Of a stretch of 45,899 nucleotides of DNA, positions 11,279 to 23,200 are shown piece after piece (position 1 is the first letter of the stretch; each line of letters begins with the position of its first letter). The translations under genes were made by a program, and so were the position numbers. Location of the stretch: NCBI RefSeq assembly GCF_004010195.1, contig NC_057749.1:11259523-11305421 (forward strand), written 5' to 3'. A model generated the notes under the pieces. The model was not told where the DNA came from. It ran no database searches and saw only the letters and a program-made list of their open reading frames with translations. The stretch comes from Chiloscyllium plagiosum (taxonomy: Eukaryota).

Positions 11279-14200
11279 CTACAGGCAGAGAGATTTTACA
11301 AAAAATTACTCAATTTCCAGTCTAGGTCACTGATGATGCAACAAAATTTCTGCAGCAAACATTTAAACAAATCAAGACAGAGTGTAGGTTCCAGTGTTCA
11401 AGGGTGATTGCATTGCCATTTCTTGCAGTAAGTAAAAGCTTTAACATAATTACTCTAGTTGATTTCATCTTCACACACACACTTGTGTAGGTCACAACTT
11501 CAAAAACCTCTACTGAATTCTACCCAATTTTATCTCCATTGTACAGGTATCCCTGATTTAACACTGCCCCATTCCATGAAAAGACTTTTGAACGTTTTTT
11601 TTATAAGCAGCCTATTTCACTGTTAGATTGGTATTTCTGGTTTTACATAGTGTATTCCTCATATCAGCAGCCCTGATCATAGCTCGCTGGTAATCTAGTA
11701 TGACGTGATCATTGGATTCAGACAAGTGGGTGAATGGAAAAGGTGGATTTCAGCTTGTGTCATTCCTGCTGGCGCCACATAGGAAGTACAACTATCAATT
11801 CAATGATTATCCGAGAAAACAATTGCTCAGATATCATACAAAGGAATCAACAGAAATATCCCAACAACCTCATATGTACACTGGTCATTTTTAATATGAA
11901 GTGCAATTAAACAACCAGTTATATGACAGAGGGAACATCATGCACTTAATTATGGAAATGAAGTTATACCAACATGGATATAATTTATATTAGCGTAGAT
12001 TGACTAGCATTGATTCAGTGCGAACATATGAGTGCTGTGGTATTGTTTACAAATTATGGGATCGTAGTTGGAAACACTTACATGGTATATCCAATACCAT
12101 TTTCAAACAAGTTTACTTATGCAGTATTTTTCTTACATTCAGTGGTTTACTTTACTTTGCAAGATGAACTATTATTTAAGTAATTGCTTTTTATCCTTAT
12201 TGTACCTAATATGGTTGGCTAACTTGGTGCCACTGTTTAAGAAAGGTAGTAAGGAAATGCCAGACAACTAGAGACCGGTGAGCCTGACATCGGGAGTAGA
12301 CAAGTTTTGGAGGACATTGTGAAGGACGGGATTTACATGTATTTGGAAAGGCAAGGACTGATTGGGGATAGTCAACTTGGCTTTGTGCATGGCAAATCAT
12401 AACTCACTAATTTGAGTTTTTTGAAGAGGTAATAAAGAGGACTGATGAGGGCAGAACTGTGGATGTGAGCTATATGGCCTTCAGTAAGGTATTTGATAAG
12501 GTTCCTCATGGTAAACTGCTTAGCAAGGTTAGTTCTCATGGAGTATAGAGCAGAACAACCATTTAGATATAGTACTGGCTTGAAGGCAGAAGACAGAGGG
12601 TGGTGGTGGAGGGTTACTTTTCAGACTGGAGGCCAATGACCAGTGATATGCCACAAGGATTGGTGCTGGGTCCATTGCTTTTCGTCATTTATTTGGATGT
12701 GAATACAGGAGGTATAGTTAGTAAGTTTGCAGATGACACCAAAATTGGAGGTGTAGTGGACAGCGAAAAAGGTTACTTCAGTACAATGGGATCTTGATCA
12801 GATGGTCCAACGGGCTGAGGAGGGTCAAATGGAGTTTAATTTAGATAAATGTGAGATGCTGCATTTTGGAAAGGCAAATCAGAGAATGATTCAAACACTT
12901 AATGGTAAGGTTCTGAGGAATGTTGCTGAACAAAGAGATCTTGGAGTGCAGGTTCATAGTTCCTTGAAAGTGGAGTCGCAGGTCGATAGGATAAAGGCGG
13001 CAGCATTTGGTATGCTCTCCTTTAATGGTCAGAGCATTGAGTGTCGGAATTAGGAGATCATGTCATGGTTGTACAGGACATTGGTTAGACTACTTTTGGA
13101 ATGTTGTGTGCAATTCTGGTCTCCCTCTGATTGGAAGGATATCATGAAACTTGAAAGGGTTCAGAAAAGGTTTACAAGGATGTTGCAAGGGTTGGAGGAC
13201 ATGAGCTATAGGGAGAGCCTGAATAGACTGGGGCTGTTTTCCCTGGAGCGTTGGAGGCTGAGGGGTGACCTTATAGAGGAACCTTGATTATCCAAATGAG
13301 ATGGGCAGGCAGTATTTTGTTTGGAGAATTGATTATTTGGTTAATTGATTCAATGCCTCTCCTCAGGAGTTTTCTGAAGTTTCCTGCTCGTTTCTGAGCA
13401 GACGCACACTTGTGTGTGTAAGGGACCTGCAGCATTGCAGAAACCTCCCACACCTCACCTACACCCCCCCCCCTCCCCCCCGAATCAGTTCAATGTGATT
13501 GACACAGCGAGCACTTGGTAAGTCTGTTCCCCGTTCAGACTAGGCAGTAGCACACTGTGCACGAGCCCCCATCCAACAACCACCCCCCACCCCCGACACG
13601 AACAGCAAAATCGCTGCTGCCTTTGGGAGGGGCGAGTCTCAAAATAGCATGCACACACACAACATTTTACTGCAGCTTTTTGATAAGTTCCATCTTTGTG
13701 TAGAACTCCAGGGAAAGTGTGGGGAAAGAGAGAGGGGGCGATAGGTCATTTGGAGACGCTGCCTGGGCTCCCATCCATGTCCAGGACAGTTCTCGGCAGC
13801 ATTTCAATAAGCCGAATTCACTTTTAATCATTGTAAACAGAAGACATGATCAGTGTTGGTAACACCTCTTTGATGTAATGTTTCTATTGGAATTTTGAGA
13901 TCTTATTTGGATAATCCGAAATTCAGATAACTGATATTTGGATAATTGAAGTTCCTCTGTGAAGGTTTATAAAATCATAAGGGGCATCAATAGGATAAAT
14001 AGACAATGTCTTTTCCCTGGGGTGGAGCGAGTCCAGAACTAGAGGGCATAGGTTTAGGGGGTGAGAGGGGAAAGATTTAAAAGGGACCGAAGGGGCAACT
14101 TTTTCATGCAGAGGGTGGTGCGTGTACAGAATCAGCTGCCAGAGAAAGTGGTTGAAGCTGGTACAATTACAACATTAAAAAGGCATATGGACGGGCATAT

Positions 14201-17200
14201 GAATAGGAAGGGCTTAAAGGGATATGGGCCAAATGCGGGCAAATGGGACTAGATTGGATTAGGATATCTGGTCAGCATGGACGAGTTGAACCGAAGGGTC
14301 TGTTTCTGTGCTGTACATCTCTGTGACTCTATATAAAAAAAAATTTCACAGTATCTTAAAGATATATGCGATAATATATAAATCATTCATACATCAAGTC
14401 ATCTCATTTCGGAATGCACTGTGCTGCACCTCTCTAGTAAAGTAACTCAACTTGTACATTAGCTTTTTTGGACAAGATAATATCCAAAGGAATACAACAT
14501 TAGCATTAACAGATTCCGATGAGAACCCATGATTCTCTGAAGACCATTCCAGTTAAAGTAACAATTCTGAAGAAACAAAACACTAAATAAGGGGGTACCT
14601 TTTGTTACTTTTGATTCAGTTGTGTTGTTGCAGATGGGGCAATGCTATCCTCTAGTAGCAGAAGCTTTAGAGCTGAGACACCTCCCTCCTTCCATCCCAA
14701 AATTTGCATATTGGGTACACCCTCAGCTGTTAGCCCCAACACTTAATTTTGGGAGATACACCTGTCCATCTGTCATAGAGTCATATTCTTCAGTCCATGC
14801 CAACCAAGTTTCCCAAATTAAAATTAGTCCCACTTGCCTGGTTTTAGCCAAAAATCCTCTAGACCTTTCCTATTCATGTACAGGTCCAAACATCTTTTAA
14901 ATGATATAACTGTACCTGCACTGTCATTCACCTGACAGTTCATTCCACATACGAACTATCCTCTGTGTGAAAATGTCAACCCCTCAGGTCACTTTTGAAT
15001 CTTTCTCCACTCACCTTAAAAATATGCCACCTAGTTTCGAGCTCCCCCACCCCCAGGAAAGGACCATTGCTATTCGCCTTATCTATGCCCCTGATGATTT
15101 AAAAATTCTCAATAAAATGTGACAGTGCTATCACTTTAATAGTTTATTTTGTCCGTTTTTTTTGAAGAGAGCTTATAAGGCAAAGATGCCAAGCTGGCTA
15201 GTTAAGACCACTTGGGTATACAGCTTGGAGTTCTTTTCTCTTTGAAAACACCCTAATGGGTGTGGCCAGCTCTCTCAGATTAGAATTTCTGGGTTTTGGT
15301 GTTTCAGTAACATCAGAACCTATTGGGGTCTCAACAGAGTTGAAAGTTTCAAGGAATGTCTCCTGACTGCTGTTCTCTCTGAATCTGCTCTTGATCACTT
15401 TTCCTCCTGGATGGGAAGACTGCATGCACGAATTTATGTCTGAAACTTGCCTGTTTGCCAAGGGACATGTTTATAGGATGTTACTATATTCTAACAGTTA
15501 ATGAATAATTATTTCTGTATCTATTATTCTGTTAAGTTTCCAAAAGAGTTAAGTTATTTTAAGTTCCTTTTTGTTTAGTTGCATTTTAACCAGAGAAGTC
15601 TGACCAATTGCACTGCATCTAGAACACACACATTACATTACAGTCATACAGCTGTACAGCATGGAAACAGACCCCTAAGTCCAACTTGTTCAGGCTGATC
15701 AGGTATCCTAAATTAATCTTGACCCATTTGCTAGCATTTGGCTCATACCCTCCCCCCCAAACCTTTCCTAACCATTTACCCATCCAGAAAACTTTTAACT
15801 GTTGTAATTGTACCAGCCTCCACCACTTCCTCTGGCAGCTCTTTCTATGCATGCACCACCCTCTTGTGAAGAAGTTGCCCTGAGGTCCCTTTTAAATATT
15901 TCCCCCTTACCTTAAATCAATGGCCTCTAGTCTGGCACTCCCCATCCCCAGAGAAAAGATCTTGGTTATTCACTCTATCCACGATCCTCATTATTTTATC
16001 AACCTTTATAAGGTTATCCAAGAAATGAGATAGCTGCACCTCTGGCAATGATCTTTGCATCCTCACTCTCCACGGGAGTAGTAGCAGATGATTGGAAGGT
16101 GGCGAACTTTGTTCCTGTGTTCAAGAAAGGGAATGGGGAAATCACTGGTAAGTACAGACCAGTCAGTCTTATGTCTGTGGTTAGCAAGGTACTGGAAAGG
16201 ATTCTGAAAGATAGGATTTATGACCATTTGCAAAAGCATAGTTGGATTAAAGATAGTCAACATGGCTTTGAGAGGGGCAGGTCATGTTTCACAAGCCTAA
16301 TTGAGTTTCTTTGAGGATGTGACGAGACAAGTTGACAAAGGGTCAAGCAGGGGATGTGGTGTATATAGATTTCAGTATAAGGCATTAGATATGGATCCCA
16401 TGGTAGGCTCATTCAGAAAAGTAAGAGGTATGGGATACAGAGAAATCTGGCTCTCTGGACACAGAATTGGCTAGATAAAAAAAAGACAGTGAGTGGTAGT
16501 GGATGGAAAGTATTTCACCTGGAGGTTGGTGATCAGTGGGGTCCCACAAGGATCTGTTCTTGGGTCTCTGCTCTTTGTAGATTTTATAAATGACTTTGAT
16601 GAAGAAGTGGAAGGGTAGGTTAGTAAGTTTGCCGATGACACAAAGGTCGGTCGTGTTGTCGATTGTGTCAAGGGCTATTGCAGACTACAAGAAGACATCA
16701 GGAGAAAATGAGGACTGCAGATCAGAGTCAAAGTGTGTGTTGCTGGAAAAGCACAGCAGGTCAGGCAGCATCCGAGGAGCAAGAGAATCGGTGTTTTGAA
16801 CATAAGCTCTTCATCAGGAAATCCTGATGACCAGCTGTGCTTTTCCAGCACCACACTCTTCGACTACAAGACATTGACAGGATGCAGAGCTGGGCTGAGA
16901 AGTGGCAGACAGAGTTCAACCTGGCTAAATGCAAGTGATTCATTTTGGAAGGTCGAATTTGTGGAGGAATAGCGGTCCATGAACATAGATCCCTCAAAGT
17001 TGCCCCCCCCCCAAGTTGATAAGGTTGTTAAGAAGAATATGATGCTTTCATTAACAGGGCAATTTTAGTTTAAGAGGTTTTGCTGCAGCTCCATAAAACC
17101 CTGGTTAGACCACATTTGGAGTACTGTGTCCAGTTCTGGTTGCCTTATTATAGGAAGAATGTAGATGTTTTAGAGAAGCTGCAGAGGAGATTTATCAGGA

Positions 17201-20200
17201 TGCTGCATGGATTGGACACAAAAAAACTGATGCTGTAATACAAAATAGGCAGGCAGGAGGCTGTAAGAACACAGCAAGCCATGTAACAAGAAGGGTTAAA
17301 CCCAAAATGTTGACCTCCACCTCCTGATGCTTCCTGTCGAGCCTGGATTGGAGAATAAGCCTTATGAGAGGTAGAGTTAGCCAGGGCTTTTCACACTGGA
17401 GAGAGGGAGGAAGAGAGGTGACTTGATCGAGGTTACAAGGAAATGAGAGGCATAGATAGAGTCAATAGCTAGAGGCTTTTCTCAGGGCTAAAATGACTGT
17501 CATAATTTTAAGGTGATTGGAGGAAGGTAAGAAGGGAGATGTCAGAGGTCGGTTCTTTACACAGAGTGGTGGGTGCCAGCTGTGGTAGTAGAGACAGAGA
17601 CATATGGACATTTAAGCGACTGCTGGATAAGCACATGGATCGCAGTAAATTGAGGGGTGCGTAGGTTAGGCTGATCTTACATAAAGACAAATGCTTGGCA
17701 CACCATCGTGGGCCGAAAGGCCTGTACTGTTTATGTTCTATAAGGTCACCCCTCGTCTCCTACGCTCCAGGGAAAATAGTCCCATCCTATTCAGCATCTT
17801 CCCATAGCTCAAACCCTCCAACCCTGGCAACATGCTCGTATATCTTTTCTGAACCTTTTCAGGTTTCTCAACATCCTTCCTCTAGCAGGGAGACCAGAAT
17901 TGAATGCAATATTCCAAAAGTGGCCTAACCAAGGTCCTGTACAGCCTCAACATTACCTCCCAACTCCAAATTAAGAAAACGTTTGGGTAAAGGCTACCTT
18001 CTTAAAATATTTTGAGGGGGTCTCGTCCGGTCCATAACAAAAGTCACCCCTCAAGCTCCAGTGAAAAAAAGGCCCAGCCTTTCTTTCTAACTCAAACCCT
18101 CCAGGCCCGGCAACATCCTGGAAAACATTTTTCTGAACCCTCTCCAAAACTGTATTCAAAAACTGAATTTGATAACATCCTTGCAAAACAGGATGACCAG
18201 AACTGTACACAGTACTCCAAAACTGATCCACCAACGTCCTGTACAACCTCAACATGACGTTCCAACTCCTATACTCAATAGTTTGAGCAACGAAGACAAA
18301 CGTGCAAAATACCTTAACCACCCTGTCTACCTGTGATGCAAATTTCAAAGAACTATGTATTTGAACCTTGATACTACCCAGGGCCTTAACAATAACTGCG
18401 CACGTCCTGCCCTTGTTCACTTTACCAAAATGCAATACCTCACATTTATCCAAATTAAACTTCATCTGCTACTCCTCAGCCCATCGGCCCAATTAATCAA
18501 GATCCTTTTGTAATCTTAGATAACCTTCACTGTCCATTTCACCAATTTTGGTGTCATCCACAAACTTACTAACCATGCCTCCTAAATTCCCATATATATA
18601 AATAACAAATAACAATGGACCCAACAGCAATCCCTGTGGAACACTGCTGGTCACAAACCTTCTGTCCCAAAAACAACCCTCCATCACCACCACCCTCTGA
18701 ACCTTACCATCCAATCAAATCCAATTAACAAGCTTTCTCTGAATCCCATGTGATCTAACTCCAAGCACAGTTAAAAAATGAAACTTACTGTAAAGGAGGC
18801 TCTCAACCTCAATCATTCCATTCCACATTCCCAACATTACAATGCATCATACCAACTTTGTGGTACAATGGTTGACACACTGGGACACCATATGATTTAC
18901 ACATTTTGAATAGGGAACCTGAAGAGAATATCTCCACATCCCACAGCGAGTATGAACCAAATAGATACATTCACTGATTGTGAAAGGGACCTTTTAGGAT
19001 TTGGACCCAACATGTTCAAGACCATGCAGAGGGAGGGGGGGGGGGGGGCGGAGAGAGATGTAGAAACTGGGAAAATTGGATCTTCAGAGTAAAGTGGGAG
19101 CATCAGATTTTATTTACCCAGAATGAAATTATACTGAGCAAGCTGAGAATTTTGAATCTTCTTATTCAACAATACATCAGGATCCAGATCCACATCGGCC
19201 ATGAAACCTCTTTCAACAAACTCTTGACAAACCTAAAAGAAGAATGGTTAAGATTGCTTTACATAAAGATATGCGAAGACAAAGATATATCAAGTGCTAC
19301 AATCAGCTCTGCTCACCCTCTGACCATACTCCTCACAGCCTGGTCCATCAGGTATTATCATAATCTGACGTGGAGACAGCCAGAATGGCCTACATTAAAA
19401 CAAGAAAAAACAGTCAAAAGATTTCAACAATTAACAACTTTATCTTTCCAACTTTTGGAATTTGCCCTTTACAGGATATTATCTCAGTTTCCTATTGTTA
19501 AAATGAAATGCACAAGGCTATGCTATGGTGATTCTTGGATCATTTGTTTACTTATGGTCTTTCCCTTTCTTAGCCAGGGAACATTTAATCTTAGGACTGT
19601 CATTCTCTCCCTGACAGAGCCTAAAGCCTAAAGCTGCTTTCACCACCCCAGATTTAAATTGCTTTAATCAAACGTAACATGTAAGGGTATTCATGTAACC
19701 TATTCTGAAGTTTTCCTGACAGCAAGTCTGGTTGTTTGGATTACTGGTCTTTAAAGGAATTTTTGAAGAAGGTAAAAAGTGTTGACACATAAAAACAATG
19801 GCAGTAGCCTGTATGCTAACAATGGATAGACAGAGTGTCTCTGAAGTTGCAAAAATGTCATCTTGTAAACAGTTAGGCTTTAATCAGTCAACTTACTTCA
19901 GATAAAAGAGTTGTTGTTTCAAGGTTGGTTAATCTGTATTTCTAACTAGATACAATGTTTTTGTGGTTCACATTGTCATGCAGATTTTTTTTAAAAAACT
20001 TTCTTCAAGTCCAAGATATCCCTGAAACATTCAAAATTTTATCCAGGACATGGGAGAATGAAAGCAGATACAGATAGCAAGCCACTGGTTCACTGCACTA
20101 AAAGGTAGGTGGGAGCTTGTGCTTACGTCAAGAAGCTGGAAATGTGTTGCTGGAAAAGCGCAGCAGGTCAGGCAGCATCCAGGGAACAGGAGAATCGACG

Positions 20201-23200
20201 TTTCGGGCATAAGCCCTTCTTCAGGAAACGTCGATTCTCCTGTTCCCTGGATGCTGCCTGACCTGCTGCGCTTTTCCAGCAACACATTTCCAGCTCTGAT
20301 CTCCAGCATCTGCAGACCTCACTTTCTCCTTACGTCAAGAAGACCAAATTCATGGGGAATTAAAATGAGGCTGGAGGATTCACCTTGCCTGTGCAAGAAG
20401 AACCTCTAGCAAAAATGCAGACTCTGATAAAACAAAATAAAACTTAGCACACTAAGAGCTAAGAATCATCTTGGTCAGGTCCCAGAGGATCAAACACCTA
20501 CTAAAACAAATGGGCAAAAACTTAGCAGATGGGGTAAAATGCGGGAAAACGTGAAGTTGTCATGCAAGTACATCAAGTAATCAGGAAGGCAATTGGAATG
20601 TCAACCTTTATTGCAACAATTGGGAAAGTCTTGCTACAACTGTACAGAACCTTTTTGAAATCACATTTGACTGTACAACATCAGCCTCCTCCTTTAAGAA
20701 GAAATGTACAAGCATTGAAAGCAGTTCAGATTTTTTTTATTCATTCACAGGATGTGGACCTTCCTGGCTAAACCAGCATTTATTGCCCACCCCTAATTGC
20801 CCAGAGGGCAGTTAAGAGTCAACCACATTGTTTTGGGCTTGGAGTCATGTGTAGGCCAGGTAAGGTTAACAGATTTCCTTCCCTAAAGGACATAAGTGAA
20901 GCAAATGGGTTTTTCCTGACAATCAATAATGGCTTCATGGTCATCATTAGACTCTTAATACTAGATTCATTATTGAATTCAAATTCCACCATCTGCCATG
21001 GCAGGATTTGAACCAGGTCCCCAAAACATTCGCCAAGTTTCTGGATTAAAATTCTAATGATAATACTGCTAGGCCATTGCCTTCCCATAAGACTCAGCAG
21101 TTTTGGATATATATTCATTGGAATATAGAAGTTTGAGAAGCGATCTCATTGAAATATTTAACATTCTGAAAGAGTTTGGAAGGGCAGGATGCTTCCCATG
21201 ATGTGTTACAGAGAAAAATAACAACTCTCCCACTTATGACGAGGATGAGAAGTCATTTCTAACTTCTCCTCTCATTAGGCCATTAGTCTTGGCAAATTTC
21301 TGCCAGAGAGAGCAGAAGAGGGTGGATCATACAGTCTATTTAAGGCAGATTCAGATTTTTGGTCAACAGGGAGGAAAATTGAGTTCTGGCCCCAATCAGA
21401 TCAGTCCTGAACTTGTAAAATGGTGATCAGACTTAATTTGTGGATAGTTAAACTGAAGTAATCAGAATGTCAAAACCGCAGAACAATGGCATGTCTTATT
21501 GCCAGATTGGAAAGAACAGACAGTCCCATTGGAGTGAGGTGAGGGGAGAAAGGACATGGTGGCAGACAATGTAACAAGCAGACCTCAAAGGGAAGGAATA
21601 GGTTCACAATTTGAAAGCGTTGAACTCAATATTGAGCCCAGAAGGTTGTAAAGTGCCTAGTTTGAAGATAAGCTGTTGCTCCTCCAGTTTTCGCTATGAT
21701 CTGCTGGAACATTGCAGCATGCCGAGGACAGACAAGTGGGCATGCGAGTAGAATGCTGTGTTAAAATAATTAGCTATGGGAAGGTCAGGGTCATGCTTGA
21801 GCACAGACTGGAGATGTTCTGCAAAGCGATCACCCAGTCTGCATTTGGTTTCCCCAATGTAGAGTCACCCACGTTGGGTGCAGTGAATACAATATACAAG
21901 ATTGGAGGTGGTACAGGTGAAATGCCGCTTCACCTGCAAATCCCACATTCCAATTCTTAGCCTGTAGTCCTGAAAGTTCCTGCACTCTAAATATATATGA
22001 ATAAATCTAGTTTAATGCAGTGAGGTTTCTATGTCTACCATCCTTTCAGGCATTTCTAACAGATACCATTTCATTTATAAGTGGCTTTATTAAAGGTTAA
22101 TAATGTTTGAACATTCAGACAATAAAGCACTTTGATGCCTCTTCCAATTTCCTTCCAGGAAACAGATATGCACAATAAGTTTATGAAATATGTTTTAAAT
22201 AGCTTTGGGAACAGGTATAAAGTATAACCATATGCAGCTGAAGTGCCAGATGGATGGTGATAATCTAATATCTTGCACCTTTCCTCCAGCATCTACATTC
22301 TGCAAACTGCAAAGAACAGCTTAGATGGAAAAGTCCTGCAGTTAATTTATAAATCTCAACAGTGAGTGCAGTCATGGAACTAAGCAGGTCCTTAGTGTGG
22401 TTGACAAGATGGGATAAGGAGAGAAAAAACGAGAGTGCCTTGGAGGAAAAACATTTTAGGAGGCAGTCAGAGTTCAGACGGGTAAATTAGAAAGGCCAAC
22501 AATTAAACAAATGTCACTTTTTCCCAGTGGTGGTCTGCAACGAACACTGGTTGAGAAATAAATCATTAAAAGCTCTGGTCTAATCCTGACTGACCATTTG
22601 GTGACATTTTAAATGTTTGCAATGACATTAATAATTTCGTAATAGTATGTTTACTCATATGTTGCCTTCTTTCACCCAGCAGCATTGTTGCACTCAGAAT
22701 AAAACAGCTGATGATTTCAGCAGCTTAGCCACTTCTACAAGTGATAAAGTTGGATAGGATCCAAAGAGTATTTACAAGACCTCAGATATCTGACTCTCAG
22801 CTCTGGGATCCAGTCCAGCTCAGACAGATGGGACTGAAGTGTTCTTGTCTGGAAATGTTCTGTGAAATGAGAGGCAATCAAGTATAAGAATGTACAGACT
22901 AAGATTAGAAAAGCTTCATGTTCAATATGAACAGGGTGAGTGGATGGATCCTGAGAATGGGCAACATTTACAAGCGGGTCACAGGGCAGTATCAACCGGC
23001 CTTTGAAATCTGAATCAGGAATCCAATTCAATTCACGTTAAGTGACTCATTCCAGCTCTATCCAGTCCCATGCACATGACTGCCTCGAGTGGATACTTAG
23101 AATGGAGATATATACCATAAAGAGGCAGCCCTGCAGCTTCACAAGGGCTGCACTTGAGGAATTCACTCACAATGAATGGAGCTGATTCCGTAATAACACT

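Larger units (their letters stand above)
15641..17966 (-). mobile_element. CR1 3' fragment nested in the LTR (pieces 15641-16014 and 17739-17966)
   Basis: Tail cagtcatacagctgtacagcatggaaacaga; halves rejoin at duplicated TATAAGGT. Confidence 0.75.
15118..18039 (+). mobile_element. Solo Gypsy-type LTR split by nested LINEs (pieces 15118 to ~15640 and ~17967-18039)
   Basis: TGT...ACA termini, flanks AAAA/AAAG; homologous to the LTRs at 38289 and 40895. Confidence 0.8.
14775..18765 (-). mobile_element. CR1 LINE 3' portion, outer host of a nested cluster (pieces 14775-15117 and 18040-18765)
   Basis: 3' tail near 14775; RT peptides in ORFs 17971-18465 and 18493-18714; the two halves join across the LTR. 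Confidence 0.8.

Noticed and set aside
19152..19631. 159-aa plus-strand ORF overlapping two ThrRS exons
   Set aside because: Antisense shadow with a non-ATG start and no recognisable motif.
20134..20295. Hairpin as a microRNA precursor
   Set aside because: A perfect stem with TSDs and repeat-family membership points to a transposon origin; there is no evidence of processing from sequence alone.
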